Shown here piece after piece: positions 36,656 to 46,829 of a DNA stretch of 64,000 nucleotides. Below the pieces are notes generated by a model. It had not been told where the DNA came from and made no database searches. It worked only from the letters and a program-made list of their open reading frames with translations. A program made the position numbers and the translations under genes. This DNA comes from Chloroflexia bacterium (GTDB taxonomy: Bacteria; Chloroflexota; Chloroflexia; Chloroheliales; Chloroheliaceae): positions 60,339 through 124,338 of the forward strand of contig JBBQGA010000015.1 of assembly GCA_038322625.1 (NCBI GenBank), given 5' to 3'. Each line of letters starts with the position of its first letter. Position 1 is the first letter of the stretch.

Positions 36656-37540
36656 TTATACACTGGCCCGGCTGAATAACCCGGTTGGTTTGGTCAGCAG
36701 CACCAGTGCCATAACCGCATAAATCACAAACTGAGCATAATCCGGGAAAAAAACCTTGCCAAAAGTATCGGCCAGCCCCAGCACCAATGCCCCGTAAAAG
36801 GCCCCCGACAGAGTACCCAACCCGCCGACTACTACCACGATCAACGCTAAAATCAGCGTGTCAAAGTCGGCTCCCGGCCCAAAGCTCTGATAAGGCCCGG
36901 CAATAACGCCGCTCAAGGCGGCCAGGGCCGCCCCAAAAGCAAAGATCAGGCTGAAGATCAGCCGGACATTGATCCCCAGGCCCCCGGCCATCTCTTTGTC
37001 CGAAACCCCGGCCCGGATTATCGCTCCCAGCCGGGTCCGGTCGATCAACAGCCACAGGCCCAGCGCGATCAGCAAGCCGATTGCCATTACAAACAGCCGG
37101 TAAACGGGGAACTGTTTGCCTAGAATCTGGACAAAACCATCGAAGGGAGCCGGTGAAACCAGCGATTGAGGATTACCACCCCAAATCCAGTGGATCGCGT
37201 CTGATAGCACGTATGCCACCCCGAAGGTCAAAATCACCTGGTTCAGGTGATCGCTTTTGTAGAGCCAGCGCAACAAACCGGCCTCGATCACCAGACCCAA
37301 CAACCCGACTCCGACCGGAGCCAGCACTACCGCCAACCAGAAATTGCCGGTCCAATTGACCACTGAGAAACCAAAATAAGCCCCCAGCAGATAAAAGGCC
37401 CCGTGCGACAGATTTATGACGTTCATCAGGCCGAATATCAGAGAGAGGCCCGCCGCCAGCAGGAATAGCAACATACTCAGCGACAGGCCATTTAAAAGCT
37501 GGATCACCATCGAATCAAAGCTCAGGTTGTTAAGCTTCAT
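36656..37540 (-). CDS. branched-chain-type ABC permease, LivH-like
   Basis: 294-aa multi-TM protein placed between the binding-protein gene and the LivM-like gene. Confidence 0.8.
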   Translation of the reverse strand: MKLNNLSFDSMVIQLLNGLSLSMLLFLLAAGLSLIFGLMNVINLSHGAFYLLGAYFGFSVVNWTGNFWLAVVLAPVGVGLLGLVIEAGLLRWLYKSDHLNQVILTFGVAYVLSDAIHWIWGGNPQSLVSPAPFDGFVQILGKQFPVYRLFVMAIGLLIALGLWLLIDRTRLGAIIRAGVSDKEMAGGLGINVRLIFSLIFAFGAALAALSGVIAGPYQSFGPGADFDTLILALIVVVVGGLGTLSGAFYGALVLGLADTFGKVFFPDYAQFVIYAVMALVLLTKPTGLFSRASV

Positions 37541-37586
37541 AATTTACCGTTTACATTTATCGTACAAACCGTCTCAATCAATCCGG

Positions 37587-38966
37587 TTAGCCTTTGAGAA
37601 GGGTGTTGATGTCCTTGATTTTCTCAAAGGTCTGGAGCACCTTGTTCATCGGTTTGCCATCCGGTCCGGCCACGCAATCCCGCAGATACATATTTTGAGT
37701 AAGACCGTGATTGGTCGGGTCGAGTTCAAATGGACCACGCGGACCGGTAAACTTGACCGCTTCCAGGGCTTTGATCAGGTTGTCTTTGTTGGTAGTGTCA
37801 CCGTTGACCGCCTTGACCCCCTCGGCAATAAAGCGGGCGGTATCGAAGCCTTGCAGGGCGAAGGTGCTGGGGTTGCGGTTATACTTGGCCTTGAAATCGC
37901 TGACAAACTTTTTGTTTTCAGGGGTATCCAGGCTCAGGGCGTAATGCAGGGAAGTTTTTACCCCTAACGCGCTGTTACCCTGGGCACCCAGCGTGTCTTC
38001 CTCGATCAAAAAACCGGCCCCGATCAGCGGAATGTCTTTCTTGAGGCCAAATTGGTCGTACTGTTTGACAAAGTTTACCGCCTCCGAGCCGGAGTAAAAG
38101 GCATATACGGCGTCCGGTTTGGCTTGCTGAATCTGGGTCAGGAAAGGGGCGTAATCGCTGGTTTTGCCAAAGGGCGGGTATAGTTCCCCGGCGATGGTGC
38201 CCCCGGCTTTGGTAAAAGTGTTCTTGAAAGCGTCCGAGCTTTCGTGTCCGGCGGAGTAGTCCGGGGCGGTGACGAATATCTTTTTGCCGACGTTACTATA
38301 AGCCCAGGTGCCGAGCGGCCAGGGCACCTGACCATTCGAGAAGGAGGTGCGGAAAATATACTTGCTATAGCGGGCACCGGTCAGGGCGTTGGCTCCGGCG
38401 TTGGCAATTACCAGCACCATTTTGGACTGATCGACCACATCGCGCAGGGCCAGGGCGACCGCACTCGACACGATCCCGGCCATGATGTCCACTTTGTCGC
38501 TCTGGATCAGTTTGTTGGTTTTGCGCAGACTGGCTTGCGGGTCATTTTCCTCGTCTTCCTTGAGAAGTTCTACCTTGCGACCGGCGACGACTCCGCCCAC
38601 GCTATCAAAGTACAAATTCATACCGTCGATGATGTCTGGTCCAAGCTGGGCGTAGACACCGGAAAGGGGCACTACCAGACCAACTTTGAGGTTTGCGCCG
38701 GTTGCGGCGACAACCGCTCCAGCAGCCGTCGTAGCGGGCGCGGCGGCAATCGTGGTGGCACTGGCTGCCACCGAGGTTGCGGCACTGGCGGCGGTGGTAG
38801 CACTGGCCCCGGCGGTCGGCGTAGCGGCATCGCCACAGGCCGCCAAAAGGCTGCTGCTGAGGGTAGTTCCGGCGGCTACCAGCGCAGTATTTTTTATGAA
38901 ACGGCGGCGACTTAGCCTGTCGGCGGGCGATTGGCCTTCAGAATTAGAATTAGACTGGTCATTCAT
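37587..38966 (-). CDS. Tat/lipobox-signalled periplasmic-binding-protein type I (LivK-like) substrate-binding protein
   Basis: Start MNDQ at 38966 follows GAGGAGG. RRRFIKNTALVAAG twin-arginine motif, LLAACG lipobox, Ala/Thr linker. Confidence 0.8.
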   Translation of the reverse strand: MNDQSNSNSEGQSPADRLSRRRFIKNTALVAAGTTLSSSLLAACGDAATPTAGASATTAASAATSVAASATTIAAAPATTAAGAVVAATGANLKVGLVVPLSGVYAQLGPDIIDGMNLYFDSVGGVVAGRKVELLKEDEENDPQASLRKTNKLIQSDKVDIMAGIVSSAVALALRDVVDQSKMVLVIANAGANALTGARYSKYIFRTSFSNGQVPWPLGTWAYSNVGKKIFVTAPDYSAGHESSDAFKNTFTKAGGTIAGELYPPFGKTSDYAPFLTQIQQAKPDAVYAFYSGSEAVNFVKQYDQFGLKKDIPLIGAGFLIEEDTLGAQGNSALGVKTSLHYALSLDTPENKKFVSDFKAKYNRNPSTFALQGFDTARFIAEGVKAVNGDTTNKDNLIKALEAVKFTGPRGPFELDPTNHGLTQNMYLRDCVAGPDGKPMNKVLQTFEKIKDINTLLKG

Positions 38967-39271
38967 TCCTGGAATCCTCCTCGATTCTCCGATTTTACCT
39001 GTATTTAAATTACGAAACGGGCGAGTTATGTAGTTTTCCGATAAAAAAGCCGGTCTGCCCTGGTTGCGGGTGGGCAATCTTTCAAAAATCTAGCTGATAC
39101 TCTGGCGTTTAACGGATATTATTAAGATACAAAATTAGCTGGCGTATTGTCAAATCGTATGGGTGCCTTCCGATCCTGTTCAGGCGGGTTCTCATCTATA
39201 AGCGAGAGCCGCTATATTCTCAAATAAGCTTTAGACTTTTTATTTGACATAATATTAGGTCAGCGGGCTAG

Positions 39272-40714
39272 CTACAGGTCAGTTTTGGTCGGGTAAAAAA
39301 TACGGTCGACCTCGCTGATTTTCAGGGCCAGTTGTAAATTAAAACAGGCATCCGGGTCGTTCAGACTAAAATTGCCGACCTCCTGTAACCGCCCTAAGCG
39401 GTACTTCAGGGCACTGAGATGTATCTGGCAGGCCTGGGCAGTTTCTTTGAGCCGCATAGAGTGAGCAAAATAAATTCGGAGGGTTTCGAGCAAACCGGCC
39501 CGGTGGGTTTTGTCATATTCCTGCAAACTTTTCAACTGGGCGGCGGCAAAATCGAACAAGGGTTGCTTATTTTGCCGGTCCAGCAAAAGGCTATACAGGC
39601 CGAGGTCGGCATAATTTACGGTTTGACCGCTCCGGCCCAGCATTTTTAATAATTCCTGGCAACGCTGCGCCCGCCGGGCCGCCGACGGGAAATCTTCGAG
39701 CGACCGGCAAACGCCACCGATCCCGATTGAAAGGGTGAAAGGCTTTTCATCCCGGCCAGTAACCCGGTTCAGGCTTTGCCGGATCGCCTGATCAAGCAAG
39801 CGGGTTTGTTCGGCCTCGTGGGTATCTTTTGAAAGAGGAGCCAGAATAGTCAGGGTTGGCCCTTTGCCGGAAAGCAAGCTATCCGGGGCCAGGTTGCGAA
39901 CGGCCCGGCTCATTTCGTTGGTCAGGTGGCGCAAAAAGGAGCGGCTAAAGCCTTCGTCCCAGTTCAGCTTTTCGCTTTGTGTCTCAAAATCGTCCAGTTC
40001 TACCAGCAAAAAAAGGTAGGCTGCTGCCCGGTTAAACCCGAAATAACGACCTCGCCGCAGCAAATTCGCCTGGTCAAGCCCGGCCTGACCGGAGATCAAA
40101 TCCTCGATAAAATCGGCCCTCAACCGTTGCTCGGTCTGGGCTTCGCTCTTTTCCTTCATCATCAGCAAAGCATAAATCAGGGCGGCGTGTTCGAGAGCCT
40201 GGATTACCCGTTCGCTAAAGCCGCCCCGCCGGTCGAGCAATATGACGTAACCCAATAGTTCCTGCTCGACCATGACCGGCGCGACCAAACGCAAACGGGT
40301 CTGGCCGCGTTCCGGTTGCGGTTCGGCGATGCGGTAGGGCAGTTCCGAACCAGGTCGCTGGTACGAAATTATCGCCTGAAAAGTTTGTTCAATTAGGATT
40401 GGTTCGCCCAAAAGTTCGACAGACAGATGCCCGGCAAATGCCGCCGCCCGGTCCAGGTGCAACTGGTCGGCACTGGCGGGCCGGGTATAAACTCCCAGCA
40501 GATTATGAAAGCGATCCTCGATTTCGACGCTATGCTGGATCAATTCGCCAAAGTGTGCGGTTATTTCGCTCAAACCCTGGCCGTTCAGAACCATACGGGT
40601 CAGGCTATCGTGAGCCTGTAAAAAGCTTTCCATGCGGCTACGGTCGGCCTCAAGCTGTTTTACGCGCTCCTCGGCTGCGGTTAAACTATTCATATCGGAT
40701 TTATTTTTGGTCAT
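39272..40714 (-). CDS. PucR/CdaR-family transcriptional regulator
   Basis: C-terminal PucR-type HTH (LKETAQACQIHLSALKYRLGRLQEV) with a large N-terminal sensor region. Confidence 0.75.
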   Translation of the reverse strand: MTKNKSDMNSLTAAEERVKQLEADRSRMESFLQAHDSLTRMVLNGQGLSEITAHFGELIQHSVEIEDRFHNLLGVYTRPASADQLHLDRAAAFAGHLSVELLGEPILIEQTFQAIISYQRPGSELPYRIAEPQPERGQTRLRLVAPVMVEQELLGYVILLDRRGGFSERVIQALEHAALIYALLMMKEKSEAQTEQRLRADFIEDLISGQAGLDQANLLRRGRYFGFNRAAAYLFLLVELDDFETQSEKLNWDEGFSRSFLRHLTNEMSRAVRNLAPDSLLSGKGPTLTILAPLSKDTHEAEQTRLLDQAIRQSLNRVTGRDEKPFTLSIGIGGVCRSLEDFPSAARRAQRCQELLKMLGRSGQTVNYADLGLYSLLLDRQNKQPLFDFAAAQLKSLQEYDKTHRAGLLETLRIYFAHSMRLKETAQACQIHLSALKYRLGRLQEVGNFSLNDPDACFNLQLALKISEVDRIFYPTKTDL

Positions 40715-40914
40715 AAAATTTCTTACTTCTAAACCTAATGATTTTCTGGTTAGTCTAATCTAACTAATAAACATTTACAAATTAGTCCGATTGGTACTAG
40801 AAAACCAGCTTGCCTTCGGATAAAATGAATGTAGAACTTAATTCGCTTAAATCTTTTCAGTTTCAATATTTACGCAAAATCTTCAAAACAACTTTACATA
40901 ATCAGGAGTACCGA

Positions 40915-41841
40915 TTGCAGCCTCAATTTGCGGGCAAAGTAGCCCTCGTAACCGGTGCCGGTCAGGGAATTGGCCGGGCTATCGCGCTTTATCTGGCCCA
41001 GCAAGGAGCGCGGGTGGTCGTCAACGATGCCAATCTGAACTCGGATGGCACCCCCGATGAAAGCGGTCAAGATTTGGCGGCCCAGGTGGCGGTGGAAATC
41101 CAACAGGCCGGGGGCGTAGCGGTTGCCAGCACGGACAGAGTGGGTAGTTTTGAAACCGGTACCCGATTGGTTCAACTGGCGTTGGATAGCTTTGGACAGC
41201 TCGATTTTGTAGTTAATAACGCCGCAATTCTGCGTGACCGCATGATTTTTAATATGAGCGAGGACGAGTGGAACGCCGTTATCGGGGTGAACCTGACCGG
41301 CACCTTTGCCGTTATCCGGGCGTCCTTGCCGCACTTCAAGGAGCGTAAGACCGGACGGATCGTAAATATTGTGTCGACTGCCGGTATCATGGGTAACGTC
41401 GGACAGGCCAACTATGCCGCCAGCAAGGGTGGCATTATGTCGCTCACGCGGGTCTGTGCGATGGATATGGCCCGCTACAACGTAACCGCCAACTGTATCG
41501 CTCCTTTTGCATACTCCCGGATCACCGATAAAATCAAACCGACCACCCCCGAACTGGCCGCTTACGTTGAGGGTGCCCGCAAAGTCCTGCCCGAACACGT
41601 GGCCCCACTGGTGGCTTACCTGTGTAGCGACCAGGCTCAGGCCCTGAGTGGACAAATCCTGGGGGTGCGGGGTAAAGAAGTGTTTCTGTTCAACCAGCCG
41701 GAACCGGTGCGCTCCCTGGTCAGTCAGGCAGGCTGGACGGTCGATAGCCTGGCGAAAGCCGTTGAGAATAGCTGGCTCGGCAAAAGCCTGACCCCTCTTA
41801 AAACCGACCTGGAAATCTTTAACTATCCGCCTTTTGTCTGA
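40915..41841 (+). CDS. short-chain dehydrogenase/reductase (hydroxyacyl-CoA dehydrogenase-like, extended C-terminus)
   Basis: TGAGQGIGRAIA cofactor motif, NNAA, and catalytic YAASK. The TTG at 40915, 5 nt after AGGAG, is preferred. The ORF is open from 40810. Confidence 0.75.
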   Translation: MQPQFAGKVALVTGAGQGIGRAIALYLAQQGARVVVNDANLNSDGTPDESGQDLAAQVAVEIQQAGGVAVASTDRVGSFETGTRLVQLALDSFGQLDFVVNNAAILRDRMIFNMSEDEWNAVIGVNLTGTFAVIRASLPHFKERKTGRIVNIVSTAGIMGNVGQANYAASKGGIMSLTRVCAMDMARYNVTANCIAPFAYSRITDKIKPTTPELAAYVEGARKVLPEHVAPLVAYLCSDQAQALSGQILGVRGKEVFLFNQPEPVRSLVSQAGWTVDSLAKAVENSWLGKSLTPLKTDLEIFNYPPFV

Positions 41842-41923
41842 TTAAAACCGGCCTTTTGAGGGCCTTATTAAAACTTTTTGTAAAAGCTATTTTTGTAAAA
41901 ACTATTAAGGAAGAAAAAGACAA

Positions 41924-42640
41924 ATGTTTACTGAGAATTTCGAGAATGGTATATTTACCGGCACCGTCAAAGAGGTAGCCGAACTCGACCAGTTACCGGA
42001 GGAATACCGGATCGCGCTGGGCAAAATTGTCGCCAGCCACGTGGTTAACGAAATCACCGGCGCGCAGCGGTTTGATGAGCCGTCGATTGCGCTGGCACCC
42101 GGTCCCAAAGAGAAGTTCCTGGCCTGCCGGATCGCGATGGAGGAATACGGCCATCACCTGAAATTTTACCGGTTGGCCGTCGAAATGAACCTCGATCCGG
42201 CCACCCTCGACCACAACGCCCGCCACAACTCCATTTTTGAAAACAGTCTGCAAAACTGGCAAGAATTCCTGGTCTTCAAGGCTATCTGCGACCTGGCCGA
42301 GATTATTCAGGTCGAAGACCTGGCCGAAAGTACTTTCCTGCCGTTAAGAAAGCTGGCCCTTTCGACTATGCCGGAAGAACGTTTTCACGCCGGGTTTGGC
42401 CGCAGCCACACCATCGAGCTATGCGCCACCGAAGATGGCCGGGCAATCGCGCAGAATACACTTGACTGGCTATACCCGGTAATGTTACCCTTCTTTGGTA
42501 GCCCTAATTCCAAAAATAACGAGATTTATCGTCGCTGGGGCATCAAGAAGCGCACAAACCAAGAAATGCGCCAGGAATACACCAACCGGGTTACGGCCCT
42601 GGTTAACGAATTTGGACTGGTAATGCCCCAGGCGGCCTAA
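41924..42640 (+). CDS. PaaA/PaaC-family ferritin-like diiron protein
   Basis: Apparent E...ExxH...E...ExxH ligand set: NEITG, MEEYGHH, QVEDL, EERFHAG. Confidence 0.6.
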   Translation: MFTENFENGIFTGTVKEVAELDQLPEEYRIALGKIVASHVVNEITGAQRFDEPSIALAPGPKEKFLACRIAMEEYGHHLKFYRLAVEMNLDPATLDHNARHNSIFENSLQNWQEFLVFKAICDLAEIIQVEDLAESTFLPLRKLALSTMPEERFHAGFGRSHTIELCATEDGRAIAQNTLDWLYPVMLPFFGSPNSKNNEIYRRWGIKKRTNQEMRQEYTNRVTALVNEFGLVMPQAA

Positions 42641-42688
42641 AACCTGACCCTGGTTTAACAAGTTTTCGCGCTCAAAGGAGAGATAACT

Positions 42689-43807
42689 ATGGCAATGACC
42701 GAACAGGCGACTCCTCATCCGGCTATGACCGAAACTACTCTGGAGGAGTTTTACGCCGATATAGAAGGGGCTTATCTGCCGCCCCTGTGGAAGTATCTGA
42801 GCAACCTTGTCACTCCTCAGCCGGTGATAGAGGCGATCCCTTACAAGTGGACCTGGGACGAGATTTATCCCCGGATTATCAAAGCAGGCGAAATCCCAAT
42901 CGAGCGCGGAGGCGAACGGCGCGTTTTGATTTTGAATAATCCCGGCTTGAGCCACCTGAAAACCGCCACCCGGAATATTTATGCCGGGGTGCAAATGGTC
43001 AAGCCCGGCGAAGTCGCCCCGGCCCACCGCCACACCCAGAGCGCGATCCGGTTTATCCTACAGGGGAGCGGCGGCTATACCTCGGTCGAAGGCGAACGCT
43101 GCTTTATGGAGCAATATGACCTGATTCTGACCCCGCCCTGGCAATGGCACGATCACGGCAACGAGACCAGTGAACCGGTGATCTGGATGGATGGACTTGA
43201 CATAAATCTGTTGAAGTCGCTGGGTACCAGCTTTTTCGAGCCTTTCCCTGATCATAAACAGCCGTTGACGCTGCCCGACAACTATCATACCAAAAAGTAT
43301 GGCGGCGGCAACCTGGTCCCGGCCTGGCGTACTCCCGACACCCGTTATAATGCCGAAAAGGTTTCGCCGTTGCTGGTCTACCGCTGGGCCAAAACCTATG
43401 ACGCTCTACGTGACCTGGCCGAGGTCGACGCCAGCCCTTACGATGATGTGGCCCTGACCTATACCAACCCCAAGACCGGCGGCCCGGTCTTGCCGACGCT
43501 GAGTTGTACCGCCCAGATGTTGCGCCCCGGCATCCATACCAAAGCGCACCGGCATACCACTAGCGCGGTTTATCAGGTGGTCGATGGCAGAGGTTATACC
43601 ATCATTGATGGTATGCGCTTCGACTGGAAGAAGGGCGACTTCCTGGTGCTGCCGCCCTGGACATGGCACGAGCATGGCAACACCAGCGCAACCTCGGAAG
43701 CGATCTTGTTCTCGGTGACTGACACGCCGGTATTTGAGGCCCTGGGTTTGTACCGCGAAGAAGCTTACACCGAAAATGGCGGTTATCAGAAAGAACTGTC
43801 TAAATAG
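42689..43807 (+). CDS. gentisate 1,2-dioxygenase (bicupin)
   Basis: Conserved N-terminus (FYADIEGAYLPPLWKYL). Cupin His motifs PGEVAPAHRHTQSAIRFIL and PGIHTKAHRHTTSAVYQVV, plus WHDHGN and WHEHGN. Confidence 0.85.
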   Translation: MAMTEQATPHPAMTETTLEEFYADIEGAYLPPLWKYLSNLVTPQPVIEAIPYKWTWDEIYPRIIKAGEIPIERGGERRVLILNNPGLSHLKTATRNIYAGVQMVKPGEVAPAHRHTQSAIRFILQGSGGYTSVEGERCFMEQYDLILTPPWQWHDHGNETSEPVIWMDGLDINLLKSLGTSFFEPFPDHKQPLTLPDNYHTKKYGGGNLVPAWRTPDTRYNAEKVSPLLVYRWAKTYDALRDLAEVDASPYDDVALTYTNPKTGGPVLPTLSCTAQMLRPGIHTKAHRHTTSAVYQVVDGRGYTIIDGMRFDWKKGDFLVLPPWTWHEHGNTSATSEAILFSVTDTPVFEALGLYREEAYTENGGYQKELSK

Positions 43808-43886
43808 CCAATTTTAGGACTTTCGCTCGAAACAATATCTCAGGTTCAAGAGCGAAAGTCGTGAATTTACATGGAGTGCTACCCGT

Positions 43887-45176
43887 ATGCTTGCAGCCAA
43901 CGCCATCGATTTAGAATACGGCAATTCCGGCCAGATCGAAAGCCACCAGATTGAACGGCTCCGGGTGTTGTTATCTTTTCTAAAAAACGACAGCCAGAAC
44001 CACTTTTATAAGGAAAAACTGGCCGCCTTCGAGCCGGACGGACTGCAATCATTAGCTGACCTGGCAAAAATCCCCTTCACCCTCAAATCGGAACTGGTTG
44101 CCGAACAAGACTTATATCCGCCTTATGGCCGCAATATGTCCTATCCCGAAGAAGCCTATATAAAGTTGCACCAGACTTCCGGTACAACTGGTCGGCCCTT
44201 GAAGGTGCTGGATACGGTTGCGAGCTGGAACTGGTGGGCGCAATGCTGGGCGCGGGTGTACAAAGCGGCGGGTGTAACCAGTGCCGACCGGGTCTTTATG
44301 GCGTTTTCGTTTGGACCATTTATCGGCTTCTGGGCGGCCTACGAAGGTGCTCATTTGGTGGGAGCGTTGGCGATACCGGGCGGTGGCATGGATACCGAGC
44401 AGCGTATCGCGGCAATCCTGGAAAGTAAGGCAACCGTCCTTTGTTGTACCCCAACTTATGCCCTGCACATGGCCGAGGTAGCTGCCCAGAAGGGGATCGA
44501 CCTGGCGGAGTCTTCTATTAGAATAGCCATTCACGCCGGTGAACCGGGAGCGGGTATCCCTAGCGTCCGTAAGCGGATTGAACAGGCCTGGGGTGCCACC
44601 TGCCACGACCACGCCGGGGGTTCGGAAGTCGGAGCCTATGGTTATAGCTGCTCGGCTCAAAACGGTTTGCACGTAAACGAGGCCGAATTTATCGCCGAAA
44701 TCCTCGACCCGACCACCGGCCAGCCGGTCGCGCCCGGTCAAAGCGGCGAACTGGTTATCACCAACCTCGGTCGCTGGGGTTATCCAGTCATCCGCTACCG
44801 GACGGGTGACGCCGTAAAACTGGCCGACCGACCCTGCGAGTGTGGCCGGACCTTTATGAGCCTGGAAGGCGGCATCACCGGGCGGATCGATAATATGCTG
44901 ATTGTGCGCGGTATCAATATTTACCCTTCCTCGGTGGAAGCCATTATCCGCGAGGTGTTTGAGGCCAACGAATTTCGGATCATCTTTTTCCGCGAAAACG
45001 ATATGGACGAAATCGCGGTCGAGTTAGAGCTAGCCGAAGTCGAAAAAGATAAACTGGCTATTCTAAACTCTTTGCTGCGCCAGCGACTGGCCCTGCGCGT
45101 ACCGGTCAAAGGTGTGCCGGTCGATTCGCTGCCTCGGTTCCAGCTAAAAGCCCGCCGGGTGGTCGATAACCGCTAA
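43887..45176 (+). CDS. phenylacetate-CoA ligase (PaaK) family adenylating enzyme
   Basis: HQTSGTTGRPLKV AMP-binding motif, YRTGD. Length and layout are typical of PaaK/F390-synthetase proteins. Confidence 0.8.
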   Translation: MLAANAIDLEYGNSGQIESHQIERLRVLLSFLKNDSQNHFYKEKLAAFEPDGLQSLADLAKIPFTLKSELVAEQDLYPPYGRNMSYPEEAYIKLHQTSGTTGRPLKVLDTVASWNWWAQCWARVYKAAGVTSADRVFMAFSFGPFIGFWAAYEGAHLVGALAIPGGGMDTEQRIAAILESKATVLCCTPTYALHMAEVAAQKGIDLAESSIRIAIHAGEPGAGIPSVRKRIEQAWGATCHDHAGGSEVGAYGYSCSAQNGLHVNEAEFIAEILDPTTGQPVAPGQSGELVITNLGRWGYPVIRYRTGDAVKLADRPCECGRTFMSLEGGITGRIDNMLIVRGINIYPSSVEAIIREVFEANEFRIIFFRENDMDEIAVELELAEVEKDKLAILNSLLRQRLALRVPVKGVPVDSLPRFQLKARRVVDNR

Positions 45177-45209
45177 AGCCGAACGAGTAATCCAGGGATC
45201 ATATTAGGC

Positions 45210-45238
45210 TTGACAGGTGGACCTTTTTTTATTATAAT
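45210..45238 (+). promoter_or_regulatory. consensus sigma-70 promoter upstream of the recombinase gene
   Basis: TTGACA (45210..45215), exactly 17 nt, then TATAAT (45233..45238). Confidence 0.65.
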
Positions 45239-45268
45239 GGATCGTATAACACCTATTATACGATCCAT
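45237..45268. promoter_or_regulatory. perfect 13-6-13 inverted repeat (ATGGATCGTATAA CACCTA TTATACGATCCAT) overlapping the -10 and transcription start region
   Basis: Read directly from the sequence. No T-tract follows on either strand. Confidence 0.6.
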
Positions 45269-45333
45269 AAAAAGGAATTTGGTAATAAGGATTTGTAGCC
45301 ATTCTGGCCTAAGATTTAGGGTAAAAATATAAA

Positions 45334-46689
45334 GTGAAAACCGGCGATACTATAATTTCAGCGATTGAAAATGTCTCAAAAGATAAATCAGCCAAAGGCA
45401 TTAGTCTTTCACAGGCCCTGGCCGACTTCCTGGCTGACGTAAAAAATAGCCAGTCCCCGGCTACCGAGCGCACTTACCGTTTTGTGTTAAATAGATTCTG
45501 CCGCTTTTTGTTGCTCGCTGACCTGATTAACCCGACCGGTATTTCTCAATCAGATTTAACTGCCGCCACGCCGGACGAAGTAACCCTCACCACAAAACCC
45601 CTTGCTGAGGATGAGGAAGATTTGCCCCTCCTAGAGTTAAAACCTTTGGAGGAAATAGCGCTTAACCGGTTGCAGACCGATTGGGCGATAGCCTTTATGC
45701 GCCAGCTTGCCGGTGGTGGTGTAATGTTACCAAAACCGGCCACTACCCCTACTGCTACAGCCGTCCATAAAAAGGCCACCGCTAGCGGGGCGGAGGCTCG
45801 ACCGGCCTCGAAAGCAACCCTGGCGATCACGGCTGCCGCTCTGCTGAGGTTTTACCGATGGTGTAGCGTCGAACGGTTGCTATTGATCCCCTCGGACGAA
45901 TTTGAACGGTTAACGATCCGGTTGCGCCAGTTGCGCGGAAAACCCAGCCGAACGATCATTGATAAAGTTCCCTCAGATGAGGTGGTTGAAACCCTGCTCC
46001 AGGCGGCGCGTTCACGAATTGACCACACTGCCCCTGCTTCGCCTGGACAAACCGCCGGTCTGGCACAGTATGATGCCGAACGTCATTGTATAGGAGCTTT
46101 GCGAAACCTGGCCCTGCTGGAAACTTTGCGTTCGACCGGAGCCAGAGTGAGTGAGATTTGTACGCTAACCGGCGGCGACCTCGACCATATCAACAAGCGG
46201 GCGCGAGTGGTTGGCAAAGGTAACAAAGAACGCTGGGTTTACTTTAGCAGCGAAGCCTGGCAAACTTTACAGGCTTATTTGCAAGCCCGCGCCCGGTTTT
46301 TGCAACAGGCCAGAGAAGAAAAAAAGCCTGAGACGGCACAAACGCCTGTCCCAACCCGTCGAAAAAGCGCGCGGTGGCGGGCTGGGGAACTGGCGGCCCA
46401 ACCGGTTTTTGCTCGTCACGACCGGGGGGCCGGTTTGAAAGAAATAAAGCCTTTGACCCCCCGGACTATTCAGAAAATGCTGTGGGAACTGGTCGAGGAA
46501 GCCGAGGTGTACGTCCAGATCACCCCCCATAAATTTCGACACTGGTTTGCAACCAAAATGCTGGCCGGTACCGGCGATCTGGCCGTAACCCAGGATTTGC
46601 TGGGCCATGCCAACCCGGCAACCACCCGCATATATGCCCAGGTCAGCGAAACCAAAAAACAGTCCGCACATAAAGACGTTTTTAAATAA
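45334..46689 (+). CDS. tyrosine recombinase / phage-integrase family protein
   Basis: Catalytic signature RSTGARVSEIC ... HKFRHWFAT ... LGHANPATTRIYAQV. SAM-like N-terminal domain with an Ala/Pro-rich insertion. GTG start. Confidence 0.85.
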   Translation: MKTGDTIISAIENVSKDKSAKGISLSQALADFLADVKNSQSPATERTYRFVLNRFCRFLLLADLINPTGISQSDLTAATPDEVTLTTKPLAEDEEDLPLLELKPLEEIALNRLQTDWAIAFMRQLAGGGVMLPKPATTPTATAVHKKATASGAEARPASKATLAITAAALLRFYRWCSVERLLLIPSDEFERLTIRLRQLRGKPSRTIIDKVPSDEVVETLLQAARSRIDHTAPASPGQTAGLAQYDAERHCIGALRNLALLETLRSTGARVSEICTLTGGDLDHINKRARVVGKGNKERWVYFSSEAWQTLQAYLQARARFLQQAREEKKPETAQTPVPTRRKSARWRAGELAAQPVFARHDRGAGLKEIKPLTPRTIQKMLWELVEEAEVYVQITPHKFRHWFATKMLAGTGDLAVTQDLLGHANPATTRIYAQVSETKKQSAHKDVFK

Positions 46690-46829
46690 ACCGGCTTATT
46701 CAGTCCAAATCAGTTTATGGTCTGGGTCTTTTCAAATGTGATAAAGTAGGGTACATCAGAATAATAAGCATAAGCACAAGTACAAAACAAAACTTTACCG
46801 GTTTTAATACGAACTAAAAGGATATAATA

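Noticed and set aside
36463-36663. A 66-aa minus-strand ORF.
   Set aside because: It lies entirely within MITE copy 3. Equivalent frames are not conserved in the other copies.
45237-45268. Interpreting the 13-6-13 palindrome as the intrinsic terminator of the PaaK-like gene.
   Set aside because: No T-tract follows the hairpin on either strand, and it overlaps a consensus promoter. An operator or recombination-site role is more likely.
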